The notes under the pieces were generated by a model, which ran no database searches, was not told the DNA's origin, and worked only from the letters and a program-made list of their open reading frames with translations. The position numbers and the translations under genes were made by a program. From the IMG/VR virus record IMGVR_UViG_3300008085_000023, positions 32,001 through 96,000 of that record: DNA of 64,000 nt. The stretch is one strand, 5' to 3'. Positions 52,001-60,220 of this stretch are shown here, piece after piece. The DNA is from a virus. Position 1 is the first letter of the stretch, and each line of letters starts with the position of its first letter.

Positions 52001-54512
52001 TTAACGCCATGTTAAGATGATACAAGGCCGTAGGATCCACAGTCGTTCTGAATACTAAACCTGTAACTTTAACATCAAAATATCCACCATCAACGTAATC
52101 TTTTGCGATTCCCCACACATCATCATAAAGAGGAATCGTATTCATCGTTAACGAAGCGTTGGCACTTACGAAATTAGATTCAAATTGAGTTGAGTTGGCC
52201 GCATTAAGTGATGGTAACGCAACTTGGTGTGATTCAAATTCAGTGATGCGATAATTAGCAACTGGATCGTTGCTGCTATTAAGAACACTTCGTGAAAGCA
52301 TTCGGCGTTCAATAACTGGAGTTACAGTTCGATTCAAATAAGAATCACCTAACGTGTGCGTTGTACGCGGATCAGTTGTGGCAAGGTCCGTGTTTTCATC
52401 TGGAATGCTATATCGATATGTGGCGTCAGCATGGTCAACAGCGACCGCTTCATCAACAGTATCCCAAATATCTCCAGGCAACGCTTCGGCTCGAGGATCC
52501 TCTTCGGTTGGGTACGTATACGGTGGTGATGGAAGTGTTTCCTTAATGTCAACGACGAAATCAGCAAACCAATATGAAGGTGATTCCGCCAATACGTAGA
52601 GACGTTCATTCAATACTAACATTTTTGTTAATTTGGTACCTAACGCTCTGCCATACCACTCGTAAAGTCTCCATGGCTGATGTTGAGCAGGCGTTGTTGT
52701 AGCAGGCGTGCCTTTAATGAAGTCAGCTGCAGGGTTATGCACGAAACTCGCTAGTTTGGCATCAAGATTTGCAAAGCCTGCTATTAGAGCGCTATTAACT
52801 GAAGCTGCAGTAGTAACGCGAGATTCTTCAGCACTGGCTAAAAGGTCTCTAGATATGTCATAAGGCGGTGTGGGAATTCTACCCTCGGTTAGAACAGCAA
52901 TCCACGAAAGTGCGCGTAATGATTGCGCCAAAGATCCATCAGAAATATCACCCGCTGCCGGTGCAGTAGCTGGAGGAAACTCTATTCCATCGTAAGGTTC
53001 AGACATCCAGTATGCTAACAAATCAAAATCCTGTGTGAGCGATTCGTTGTGCACGGTGTCGATCTGCAACCTAGAAACAGTTAGAATGTTTGCTGCGAGG
53101 GTTACACTAAAGCTTGGTATAGTTACGCCTGCTACTGCTGATTCTAATGCAGCCATGGAAGCATATGAAGTGTTAAGCACGTCATTCAGTACACTTAAAT
53201 CTACACCTGTAGTTGACAAAATATTGAACCCGCTGAGAGTCACATTACCAAATAACACTGGATTGTCCATGATCGCTGCGAGATTGCTAAGATCAAATTC
53301 AATTGACGCGGGCACATCATTTAGAGGATTAGCATCAGGCTTATTACCGACAACCTGTGTTATAGTCACAACAAGAGGATCGTTAGTGTATACCGTATAT
53401 TCGTTTTCAACCAACTCAAGCTTGTATGATGCTCTAATTGCGGGATTTGAATCGAGAGTGCTATCTTGAATCGTATCTGCTGTATGAAAATAATCGATTG
53501 CGTTTTTATGCTTTGTAAATTCTGGTTTATACGTCTGAATGCCATCGTACATGCGAATGAATGAAGATAACAGCGTGTCAACATCAGCAAAACCAGAAAT
53601 AGCATTGATCGTTAAAAGCCCTGCTTCTGAGAACGCCACTTGCTCAAGTGTGTGAGCTGCCGTTTGACGAGTGACGTGAGAATAAATTGAATCGATCGCA
53701 TCTTGTAAATTACTAAAACCAAGTGTAGTGTAAAATGCTTCAAGACTCGCCCAATCAATATTCTGTGTATTATAAAGAGGATCAAGCCACCAATGGTCGT
53801 AATACGGCGAAGCGTAATCAAAACTAATATCATCATCAGTTGGAATTACTAGCTCTATATTTGAAGCTAAATGGCGGGGGTCATCATCACCAAGATCCTC
53901 TACTTCTCTATGTATTGAAACATCGGTATTAAACGCATCGCGATTTGCTACTACCCCGGCGATATCAGTTGGCCATTCAATAAGATTGCGAATAGCATCT
54001 TTGATTTCTTGATTAAGAGCAAGCGTGCCAGAGATTAACGAAATATTGCTATTAACTGTCGTGTTAGGAATGCGGACAACTTCTGATGCATCAGAAGAAC
54101 CATCCCAATATGAGTAAAGGCATTGTAAGTAATCAACATACTCTCCGTATTGCATTCCTGACAATTGCTCCATTGGTCCAATTGGAACACCGGCGTCTGC
54201 TTCAAAAATGATAGTATTTCCAGATCTGCTAACACTATACCCAGTTCCAGGTGTTGCGGCAAGGGCATCTAAAAAATCGTCCAATGAATCATGCGCCGTA
54301 TTATTGCCAAGATTGTTTATATCACTTAAAATGAAGCCAAGCTTTTGCAACGTTAGGAATTCAATCCACACAGAACCAGTGCCGGCCCAGCCCGGATTAT
54401 TTGCTAGAATGTCTAGAAGGCCCTGTTGCGCTGCATCGAATATCGGTTGTAGAAAACTAAAATCGATCGTAAATCTTTGAGTTGCATTTCTGCCTATATC
54501 TATAGTAGCCAT
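49017..54512 (-). CDS. large probable virion fibre/receptor-binding protein (1831 aa)
   Basis: TATAAATA at 54518-54525; repeated DFS.L...GF domains; beta-helix-like C-terminus. Confidence 0.55.
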   Translation of the reverse strand: MATIDIGRNATQRFTIDFSFLQPIFDAAQQGLLDILANNPGWAGTGSVWIEFLTLQKLGFILSDINNLGNNTAHDSLDDFLDALAATPGTGYSVSRSGNTIIFEADAGVPIGPMEQLSGMQYGEYVDYLQCLYSYWDGSSDASEVVRIPNTTVNSNISLISGTLALNQEIKDAIRNLIEWPTDIAGVVANRDAFNTDVSIHREVEDLGDDDPRHLASNIELVIPTDDDISFDYASPYYDHWWLDPLYNTQNIDWASLEAFYTTLGFSNLQDAIDSIYSHVTRQTAAHTLEQVAFSEAGLLTINAISGFADVDTLLSSFIRMYDGIQTYKPEFTKHKNAIDYFHTADTIQDSTLDSNPAIRASYKLELVENEYTVYTNDPLVVTITQVVGNKPDANPLNDVPASIEFDLSNLAAIMDNPVLFGNVTLSGFNILSTTGVDLSVLNDVLNTSYASMAALESAVAGVTIPSFSVTLAANILTVSRLQIDTVHNESLTQDFDLLAYWMSEPYDGIEFPPATAPAAGDISDGSLAQSLRALSWIAVLTEGRIPTPPYDISRDLLASAEESRVTTAASVNSALIAGFANLDAKLASFVHNPAADFIKGTPATTTPAQHQPWRLYEWYGRALGTKLTKMLVLNERLYVLAESPSYWFADFVVDIKETLPSPPYTYPTEEDPRAEALPGDIWDTVDEAVAVDHADATYRYSIPDENTDLATTDPRTTHTLGDSYLNRTVTPVIERRMLSRSVLNSSNDPVANYRITEFESHQVALPSLNAANSTQFESNFVSANASLTMNTIPLYDDVWGIAKDYVDGGYFDVKVTGLVFRTTVDPTALYHLNMALNDLLVVPPGDYSTPGSFRRYIISKIRAANELIPNYTITINENGWNHDYENGDVDPLVTRDPMTFSIVANDPTNTELISVDATYDVRRKIEVEGEQSWEEYTTTPPVYESEPGVLIEEGSSILCDFSALNNVFLAAHPVGEANAFWGVTLEGFKFVSNVGSPSALTQLNADLNNGIFFTLDDLKTTITEKDYGPDYLITFQDNTLLIKSQTLNSEEVLSQVVGVIPAIVKSTEVTFEPNNTIPIAKYIDPATSAETEVKLESLNPALAESVIGDAGAVRASLTFDLKQLFNRMIPVGEDKYWYPSSWLPSSINSSREAWEQPQLWFSDFEIHSTVDSNAFNEVFGYFFNQINENDSWDYFGYHNGGIAMNDGRFYREASLLNETAFPPLDNGPRAPKLDANGNIEYSIGRIDQVKWAIQNLADRTVNLGNKYTINVSDDYVMTIAAVKAVDGEVIYFGKTPWTEWPMKIQTTWTTYEELYLDGYANRSRYQPAFSYYEFNTIKEYKPIVQRQTGRTTSGAASLACDFSDLATAFDDMSAAGATELTISGFKVATTEGVDFSLLNSKVNRTYSSMAAYRDVMSEMGWRVTNANSMFNLGYSVTYGIASPDELKIIARAFTDNEEITQQFVVSDTVRNNEVYSTIQSNYDYVATGGVLTLNFPAGYYNFSTGLDLNRIALPGAGKIILRGERELESAESPLLAYNYSNILTTFSFSGSSGITYSSGPDACNIELNSIELHATGNGSTAVSVTNNSKLDFVCPMKLSGKWNKFGIFVDDRSTVDIFQSSKHVVNLTWPNVPEALSFVFEGPLLDNTESTNVGQAIAICCKGRSHLRAISQYNGNNTDKGLTTFELYENTAFVPLSVLHFIGAGSNLYHGWYQNIVIDERSSFYLYGPIAIGDGRRSLQASFSMAEKNFISNPLSSLAVRSVEIRGGSLFLNYNDFVHGQWNTHKYSTPGQLQYNQSTTRSTVGVDNLSTAITLTEASLEKGTWLSRYN

Positions 54513-54520
54513 GTTAGTAT

Positions 54521-54784
54521 TTATATCTCCATTTTACTATGGCTACCAGCACTCTTATGAATGCCTCTCAATACCTCGCCCCATCGGGATCCCATTTTAC
54601 GTTCAGCACGTTTATGCACTGACACTGTGTCATAAACAAAACTAATGCCAGAATAATCGCGTCTAACCTTACCTTTGGTCGAACACTTCGGGCATTTTTC
54701 ACCAATGGGTACTTCACGATCACTTATTGATAAGTCAACGCAAAACACCTCATTGCAATTTTCACACACATATTGGTATATCAT
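54521..54784 (-). CDS. FmdB-family zinc-ribbon protein
   Basis: YQYVCENC...CPKC. Confidence 0.75.
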   Translation of the reverse strand: MIYQYVCENCNEVFCVDLSISDREVPIGEKCPKCSTKGKVRRDYSGISFVYDTVSVHKRAERKMGSRWGEVLRGIHKSAGSHSKMEI

Positions 54785-54790
54785 ATCATC

Positions 54791-55303
54791 CTATAGAATG
54801 TTTGGCCATACTTCTTTAACAATATCTTTGGTAATCTTTGGATAAAGCTCTTCAAGCTTTTTATCTTTAACAACACAGATCAACTGCGCGTCTGCAATAT
54901 TTACAGTCTCCAATAAGCTTATAAATGCAGCTTCCTTCTGCAGCTTCGACCCTTTTGCCTGTACAATCAGCTGACCCATTACCGAAATTATACGGTCGGT
55001 GACTTTAACAACTGTCGTGTTTGGCTTAAATGGCGGTTCACCTTCGGGAAATGGGAACTGCACCTTATCATTGAAATTTGCTGCAAGAATTGTCTTAAGG
55101 ACAAACGATTCGTTTTCCTTTAAACGTAAAATAAGCTCTTCACGATCACGCTTTGCGGACGGTCTACCTGCGCGCTTGCGCTTTGACAAATCAACAATGT
55201 TGTCGAAAATTGCTGTAATGGTACCATTTAAAATTGGTGTTTCTTCGTTTAGTACGACACCAGGCGTGGTCTGTGTTGCGCGGTTTTTAGCATCTGCGGC
55301 CAT
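54791..55303 (-). CDS. conserved T4-like hypothetical protein
   Basis: PEGEPPF...FISLLE...VKDKKL...YPKIT. Confidence 0.65.
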   Translation of the reverse strand: MAADAKNRATQTTPGVVLNEETPILNGTITAIFDNIVDLSKRKRAGRPSAKRDREELILRLKENESFVLKTILAANFNDKVQFPFPEGEPPFKPNTTVVKVTDRIISVMGQLIVQAKGSKLQKEAAFISLLETVNIADAQLICVVKDKKLEELYPKITKDIVKEVWPNIL

Positions 55304-55333
55304 AATTATATCTCCATTGTGTATTAGTATTTA

Positions 55334-56209
55334 TCAGAAAAACTCAGGCAGCTTTTCGATCATTGTATTACAACGCTTCTTGATGAGATAATTCAAGAAT
55401 GCATTTTTGTTGACAGGTTTGCCAACCTTACTCTTAGCTTCGAACTCAGTCCGAATAGCTTCTACGATATCACGGGGGAGAAAATTTAAATCGATGACAG
55501 TTTGATTGCGATCAAAGTTTCTTCGATGAACATCCTTTTCGAAAGCAGTATCTTCATCGTTTAGAAAACTATGGTATAATGCTTCTAACTTTTTCTTAGA
55601 CACAGGCGTTTGGCGTTTTCCTTCAGTCACTAGAACATCATCATCAGAAAAGATGTTGGGAACTCCATCACCTGTATCGCCCTTAACAATATGCTCAAAC
55701 AGATAACGTCTCGGATCTTTCTCCACAAGCTTCTTCTTTAGCAGATTCGAATACTGACTGACGTTGGAATATCGCTGTAGTTGGAGAAAATCCTTATCAG
55801 CCGAGACGATCATCACGGGCTCATGACATCCGAACTCTTGGGTTCCCTTAACCAATACTGCTATGACATCGTCTGCCTCCGCTCTAGGAACATCTACAAC
55901 CGTAAATGGGGAGTATTGATCAATCTCCGATTTAATATTATCCAACCAACCATAAACTTCAACCCAATCAATAGGCGAAAGCTCTCGGCCCTTTTTACGA
56001 TTGGCTTTGTAGAACTCAAAAACTTCTTTTCGCCAAGACCCATGATCGCATGCGAGAACTATATCTCCATGTGATTGCTTGAACTTTCGATTATAGAAGC
56101 TAATGCTATTCAAAATCATATGCCGCATCATATTCTCAGACAGTTCTTCTCTACCATGCTGCACAAAAATACTTGCTACGGAAATTCCTGAAAAATCGAT
56201 AATTGTCAT
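55334..56209 (-). CDS. rnh: T4-type RNase H (5'-3' exonuclease)
   Basis: SWRK..F.FYKANR, EADDVIA, SADKDFLQLQ, GDTGDGVPN. Confidence 0.95.
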   Translation of the reverse strand: MTIIDFSGISVASIFVQHGREELSENMMRHMILNSISFYNRKFKQSHGDIVLACDHGSWRKEVFEFYKANRKKGRELSPIDWVEVYGWLDNIKSEIDQYSPFTVVDVPRAEADDVIAVLVKGTQEFGCHEPVMIVSADKDFLQLQRYSNVSQYSNLLKKKLVEKDPRRYLFEHIVKGDTGDGVPNIFSDDDVLVTEGKRQTPVSKKKLEALYHSFLNDEDTAFEKDVHRRNFDRNQTVIDLNFLPRDIVEAIRTEFEAKSKVGKPVNKNAFLNYLIKKRCNTMIEKLPEFF

Positions 56210-56270
56210 AATATATTCCTATGTTAATTTCTAGATCTAATATAACATAAAGGAGCGGTGTTGTACACTA

Positions 56271-56699
56271 TTATTTTTCTATGGACATATGTTTAACGTG
56301 AGTTGCGTTAATTCTGCAGTTAATTATGCCGTTATAATATTCATCCTGCTTCAGCAAAACGCCGCGCGTAAATTGCTCTTCGCTTTCGCGATACGATAGT
56401 TCGCCTTTAGTGTAGCAGAGATGAAGGATCTCTCGATGAAAGATATCAAGGCCATGCTCTTCAAGCAGCAGCTTAATATTTTCGCTTGATCCACAGTATT
56501 TTTTCCAATCGGACTCTGGGTATGAAACGCGTTTACGCTTATTTCCTTTTAGTGGTGGTCGCGAAACTTTGCGAAAGAACCGCTTTTGTCCGATGTACTT
56601 TTTGTTATTCTGAAGATTAGTGACGCAATATACAAACCCTACAGCATCGCCAATCATCTCACTAGTAAACTCTTTGCCATCATATATCCATTCATTCAT
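56271..56699 (-). CDS. GIY-YIG nuclease-family protein
   Basis: GFVYCVTN...KKYIGQK...YYNG. Confidence 0.75.
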   Translation of the reverse strand: MNEWIYDGKEFTSEMIGDAVGFVYCVTNLQNNKKYIGQKRFFRKVSRPPLKGNKRKRVSYPESDWKKYCGSSENIKLLLEEHGLDIFHREILHLCYTKGELSYRESEEQFTRGVLLKQDEYYNGIINCRINATHVKHMSIEK

Positions 56700-56707
56700 A
56701 TAGTTAT

Positions 56708-57037
56708 TTATACCTTGTCGTGATAGCCACGCTTAAGTATCACTATATCTCTTTGACCAAACTGAATACAATTCTTGCGAATATGTGGATTCCAATCTCG
56801 CCAATATGAATGATGGCCGAAACGAAAATGGCATTCACGGCAAAGAGTGATAAGATTATCTGGATCGAATCTAAGTTCTGTTACCATTGCCCATGGTTGG
56901 ATATGATGAACTTCTAATTGTTTGATTCGACCACAACATTGACAAAAGGCCTCGGTAAGTAGGTGACTCTTCCTGACCTTACGCCAGTCGCCACCTCTTA
57001 CCGAGGCCTTCAATTTATCTTGTATAGTCGTTATCAC
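56708..57037 (-). CDS. HNH endonuclease
   Basis: CQCCG...LEVHHIQP...NLITLCRECH. Confidence 0.85.
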   Translation of the reverse strand: MITTIQDKLKASVRGGDWRKVRKSHLLTEAFCQCCGRIKQLEVHHIQPWAMVTELRFDPDNLITLCRECHFRFGHHSYWRDWNPHIRKNCIQFGQRDIVILKRGYHDKV

Positions 57038-57045
57038 ATGACTAT

Positions 57046-57657
57046 TTATTCATCATCGTCGTCATTAGTCTTCTCCCTAACAAGGAATGAATCCAAGAAG
57101 GGTTTCCACTGAGGCTTCATATCGATATGAGCAGTCATTTGATTCATATGCAAAAACCACGAAGGCTTCTTAGGTTCAAACAACAATCTCATTCCTGCTT
57201 CTTCAGGTGTACGGTCAGCCTTGAAATGATTGCAGGGCTTGCATGCAGAAATTGTATTCTGCCATGACTTTGGTCCACCGAATGATTTCGGATTGATGTG
57301 ATCAACCGTCAATTCCTTTTTGGTGAATGTTTGGCCGCAGTAACCACAACGATATCCATCGCGCACAAATAAGCTTTCACGCGAAAACTTTACTTGGTTC
57401 TTTGGAAGACGATCGAACTGGGTTAGAATTACAACCTGTGGTACAGCTATACGATTATTAACCGTATGGATGATGTGCTGAGTAGGGCTCTGCTCAATCT
57501 TAAGAGAAGCGTCTAGCCAACTTTTGAAGTTATATTGAATATAGTTTTGATCCACTACGTGGCATTTGTCCTGCATCAGCAGCGACATAGTACGCTTCCA
57601 ATTGATAACATGTATAGGCATGAAAACCTTGTTTAAAACTAGTGCGTCTCTTTTCAT
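57046..57657 (-). CDS. HNH endonuclease (McrA-like)
   Basis: RDGYRCGYCG...TVDHINP...ACKPCN; start moved to MKRDAL. Confidence 0.85.
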   Translation of the reverse strand: MKRDALVLNKVFMPIHVINWKRTMSLLMQDKCHVVDQNYIQYNFKSWLDASLKIEQSPTQHIIHTVNNRIAVPQVVILTQFDRLPKNQVKFSRESLFVRDGYRCGYCGQTFTKKELTVDHINPKSFGGPKSWQNTISACKPCNHFKADRTPEEAGMRLLFEPKKPSWFLHMNQMTAHIDMKPQWKPFLDSFLVREKTNDDDDE

Positions 57658-57673
57658 AATATTACTTTCAATT

Positions 57674-57749
57674 TGGAGGATGCAGTGAGAATCCAACTCA
57701 CACAATCACGGTTTGCAGCCGTGCGCCTTTAGCATTCAGCCATACACCC
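57674..57749 (-). tRNA. tRNA-Cys(GCA)
   Basis: CACGG-CTGCAAA-CCGTG, CCA. Confidence 0.9.
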
Positions 57750-57962
57750 ATTAAACTACTTTGATCTATATTAACATATTTAGGTGTAATTGTACACCAT
57801 TAGTTTTGCTGCCCAAGGTGAAAGCTCTCACCTTAGGACTTTAAATAGGTCAACCTTTAAGTCGCATTATTGGAATTGCTTCTTCACATATTACATATAT
57901 CGGAGACTCATACGTCCAATTTGACGTCTCCTATTATGCGTATACCGATTGAATGTGTAAAT

Positions 57963-58044
57963 TGGTGCGGATGGTGAGAATCGAACTCACAAATAATTCA
58001 CCAAGGTTTGAGCTTGGCCGCTTTGCCAGATTGCGTACATCCGC
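57963..58044 (-). tRNA. tRNA-Leu(CAA)
   Basis: CCAAG-CTCAAAC-CTTGG. Confidence 0.9.
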
Positions 58045-58053
58045 ATTTTGAAA

Positions 58054-58127
58054 TGGTTGCTTCACCGGGATTCGCACCCAGACAAAGAGCTTCAAAGACT
58101 CCTGTGCTGCTATTACACTATGAAGCA
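58054..58127 (-). tRNA. tRNA-Gln(TTG)
   Basis: GGAGT-CTTTGAA-GCTCT. Confidence 0.9.
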
Positions 58128-58133
58128 ATAAAA

Positions 58134-58215
58134 TGGTACCAGTGGAGGGAATCGAACCCACAAACATATCACCTGCTTCTAAGGCAGGCCGCTTTGCCAG
58201 ATTGCGTACACTGGT
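58134..58215 (-). tRNA. tRNA-Leu(TAG)
   Basis: CCTGC-CTTAGAA-GCAGG. Confidence 0.9.
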
Positions 58216-58379
58216 ATTAAAATGTGTTTAGTAGTGAACTTTACAACGCGAGAATTTATTGCTTCGCTCCACAATCGCTATATCAAGCAATTACTTCTGT
58301 TAGCATCAACCATCCTCGTAGATGTGATATCATCTATCTTCAACGTATTTCACAGTGTGATACCATGACTAAACATAAA

Positions 58380-58463
58380 TGGTGTGGATAGGGAGACTTG
58401 AACTCCCACGCCTTTCAGCACAACGTTCTCGACGTTGCATGTCTGCCATTTCATCATATCCAC
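58380..58463 (-). tRNA. tRNA-Leu(GAG), C33 variant
   Basis: CAACG-TCGAGAA-CGTTG. Confidence 0.85.
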
Positions 58464-58586
58464 ATAAAAGGTTTCGGCCCTTTGGAGATTTGAGCATTAT
58501 CTATATTCTTGCTACTTATGCGCTGGGAATATTGCTTAGACAAGAGGCTTTCCTCATTGGCCTTGACACTCGTCAGTGCCCATTAT

Positions 58587-58668
58587 TGGTGCGGATGGCG
58601 AGACTCGAACTCGCAAATAAATCACCAAGGTTTAAGCTTGGCCGCTTTGCCAGATTGCGTACATCCGC
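58587..58668 (-). tRNA. tRNA-Leu(TAA)
   Basis: CCAAG-CTTAAAC-CTTGG. Confidence 0.9.
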
Positions 58669-58674
58669 ATGAAT

Positions 58675-58712
58675 TGACACTAAAAGGATTCGAACCTTCA
58701 TCTCTCTTACTT
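58675..58712 (-). pseudogene. tRNA 3' fragment (T arm only)
   Basis: GAAGG-TTCGAAT-CCTTT without D/anticodon arms. Confidence 0.5.
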
Positions 58713-58719
58713 TAATCGA

Positions 58720-58795
58720 TGGTGCGATAGGCGGGGTACGATCCCGCAACCTCCACGTTGGCAACGTGGTATTCTCCCAGTTGAATTACTATCGC
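58720..58795 (-). tRNA. tRNA-Gly(GCC)
   Basis: CCACG-TTGCCAA-CGTGG. Confidence 0.9.
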
Positions 58796-58801
58796 ATAAA
58801 C

Positions 58802-58875
58802 TGGAGCCGACAGACAGACTTGAACTGACATCATCTGATTACGAAACAGATATTCTTCCTTTGAACTATATCGGC
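58802..58875 (-). tRNA. tRNA-Thr(CGT)
   Basis: TCTGT-TTCGTAA-TCAGA. Confidence 0.9.
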
Positions 58876-58880
58876 GAAAT

Positions 58881-58956
58881 TGGTGCACCGGCAGGGACTC
58901 GAACCCTGATCTCACGCATTAAAAGTGCGTTGCTAAGCCAATTTAGCTACCGATGC
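58881..58956 (-). tRNA. tRNA-Lys(TTT)
   Basis: ACGCA-CTTTTAA-TGCGT. Confidence 0.9.
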
Positions 58957-58965
58957 ATTTTAAAT

Positions 58966-59041
58966 TGGTACCTCTGTTCGGTAACGATCCGAATTCTCCG
59001 GGGTAAAGGCCCGGTCATCATCCATATAATGTTTCAGAGGC
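58966..59041 (-). tRNA. atypical tRNA-Lys(TTT) (C33, C38, T-loop ATCGTTA)
   Basis: CCGGG-CCTTTAC-CCCGG; body near-identical to 63370-63445. Confidence 0.75.
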
Positions 59042-59050
59042 ATTGTAAAG

Positions 59051-59126
59051 TGGAGCCGACACTGAGACTTAAACTCAGTTCCCATCCGTACCAAGGATGA
59101 ATTCTAATCAGTTGAACTATGTCGGC
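59051..59126 (-). tRNA. tRNA-Thr(GGT)
   Basis: CATCC-TTGGTAC-GGATG. Confidence 0.9.
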
Positions 59127-59137
59127 ATTAAAAAAAA

Positions 59138-59213
59138 TGGTTGGCCTGAGTGGATTTGAACCACTAACCTGCTGAGTCAGAGTCAGCCGCACCGCCAATT
59201 GTGCTACAGGCCA
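59138..59213 (-). tRNA. tRNA-Gln(CTG)
   Basis: GCTGA-CTCTGAC-TCAGC. Confidence 0.9.
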
Positions 59214-59219
59214 ATAAGA

Positions 59220-59294
59220 TGGTCCCTAAGGAGAATTTCGAAATCTCGACATTTCGGATATGAACCGAACGCTCTGCCTCTGAGCTACCTAGGG
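59220..59294 (-). tRNA. tRNA(CAT), elongator Met or Ile2
   Basis: TTCGG-TTCATAT-CCGAA. Confidence 0.85.
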
Positions 59295-59299
59295 ATGAA

Positions 59300-59390
59300 T
59301 GGCGGAAGTAAGAGGTATCGAACCCCAACCGCTTTTACACGGTCCAACTGTTTAGCAAACAGCGCCCATCACCATCAGGGATTTACTTCC
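59300..59390 (-). tRNA. tRNA-Ser(GCT)
   Basis: GCTGT-TTGCTAA-ACAGT, long variable arm. Confidence 0.9.
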
Positions 59391-59396
59391 AAAAAT

Positions 59397-59471
59397 TGGC
59401 TCGCGAGGCTGGATTCGAACCAGCGACAACTTGCTTAACAGGCAAACGCTCTACCACTGAACTACACGCGA
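59397..59471 (-). tRNA. tRNA-Asn(GTT)
   Basis: TTTGC-CTGTTAA-GCAAG. Confidence 0.9.
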
Positions 59472-59478
59472 ATTAAAT

Positions 59479-59554
59479 TGGAGCCGCCACACAGACTCGA
59501 ACTGTGATCACTGGAGTACAAAACCAGGGCTCTAAGCCTTTGAGCTATAGCGGC
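59479..59554 (-). tRNA. tRNA-Thr(TGT)
   Basis: CTGGT-TTTGTAC-TCCAG. Confidence 0.9.
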
Positions 59555-59561
59555 AATAAAT

Positions 59562-59637
59562 TGGTACTCCTACTAGGACTCGAACCTAGACTAAAAGCTT
59601 AGAAGGCTCTTGTGCTATTCCCTTACACCATAAGAGT
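59562..59637 (-). tRNA. tRNA-Arg(TCT)
   Basis: AGAGC-CTTCTAA-GCTTT. Confidence 0.9.
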
Positions 59638-59645
59638 ATTAAAAT

Positions 59646-59721
59646 TGGTGGCACAGGTGGGGAATGATCCCACGACCGGCAGGGTTTCAATCTGCTACTC
59701 TACCAACTGAGTTACTGTACC
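59646..59721 (-). tRNA. tRNA-Phe(GAA)
   Basis: GCAGA-TTGAAAC-CCTGC. Confidence 0.9.
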
Positions 59722-59728
59722 ATGAAAT

Positions 59729-59812
59729 TGGTGGCGAAGGTAGGAATTGCACTTACAAGTCCGAAGAGGGTGATTTACAATCACTTGAGCCCACTACCTG
59801 CTCAACTCCGCC
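59729..59812 (-). tRNA. tRNA-Tyr(GTA)
   Basis: AGTGA-TTGTAAA-TCACC. Confidence 0.85.
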
Positions 59813-59821
59813 GTGTTAAAT

Positions 59822-59910
59822 TGGTGGGAAATGGTGGTAACGCACCACTTGTCTACTTCCGTTCTGTTTTTCGACGTTGGTTTTACAGACCAATGAACGG
59901 TACATCTCCC
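59822..59910 (-). tRNA. atypical D-armless tRNA-Tyr(GTA)-like RNA
   Basis: Acceptor GGGAGAT/ATTTCCC-ACCA, TTGGT-CTGTAAA-ACCAA; no D hairpin; CCGTTC complementary to GAACGG in variable loop. Confidence 0.7.
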
Positions 59911-59976
59911 AAATAAAAATATGGGCCCTTATTACGGGTTTTCGACCGCGCGAGGGGCTAACGCCATGCTATTTGT

Positions 59977-60143
59977 TTTTGAAAGAGGTTCACCATAAAC
60001 GCTCAACAATTACCTAGGATGTTAAGCTTTCTCTGCTGACGTATCTTGCGATTGGATAGCTAATCCGGTGCGGCGAGAGTCGATTTAAGGACGTTTGCCA
60101 GACAAAACTAGAAACTGACCACAGACTGGTGAATCTTTCAAAA
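59977..60143 (-). ncRNA. putative rod-shaped ncRNA, 6S-like architecture
   Basis: Terminal helix TTTTGAAAGA-TTCACCA / TGGTGAA-CC-TCTTTCAAAA, central unpaired region, apical stem. Confidence 0.45.
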
Positions 60144-60220
60144 TGGTAGGACAGTTCAGAATCGAACTGAAATTATTTCTCGGTGTAAACGAGGTGCCAT
60201 AACCATTAGGCGACTGTCCC
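60144..60220 (-). tRNA. tRNA-Val(TAC)
   Basis: CCTCG-TTTACAC-CGAGA. Confidence 0.9.

Noticed and set aside
19884-53469. Long plus-strand ORFs (e.g. 19884, 19903, 24034, 43223, 46239, 53035)
   Set aside because: Antisense shadows of well-supported minus-strand genes, without recognisable motifs.
58467-58582. Hammerhead ribozyme (CTGACGA...GAAA)
   Set aside because: Stems I-III and the cleavage triplet cannot be assembled; TGACGA sits in a simple hairpin loop.
58134-58668. TAG/TAA/TGA anticodons as stop-codon suppressors or evidence of recoding
   Set aside because: They are ordinary Leu and Ser anticodons; no CTA/TTA/TCA anticodon was found and long genes translate intact in code 11.
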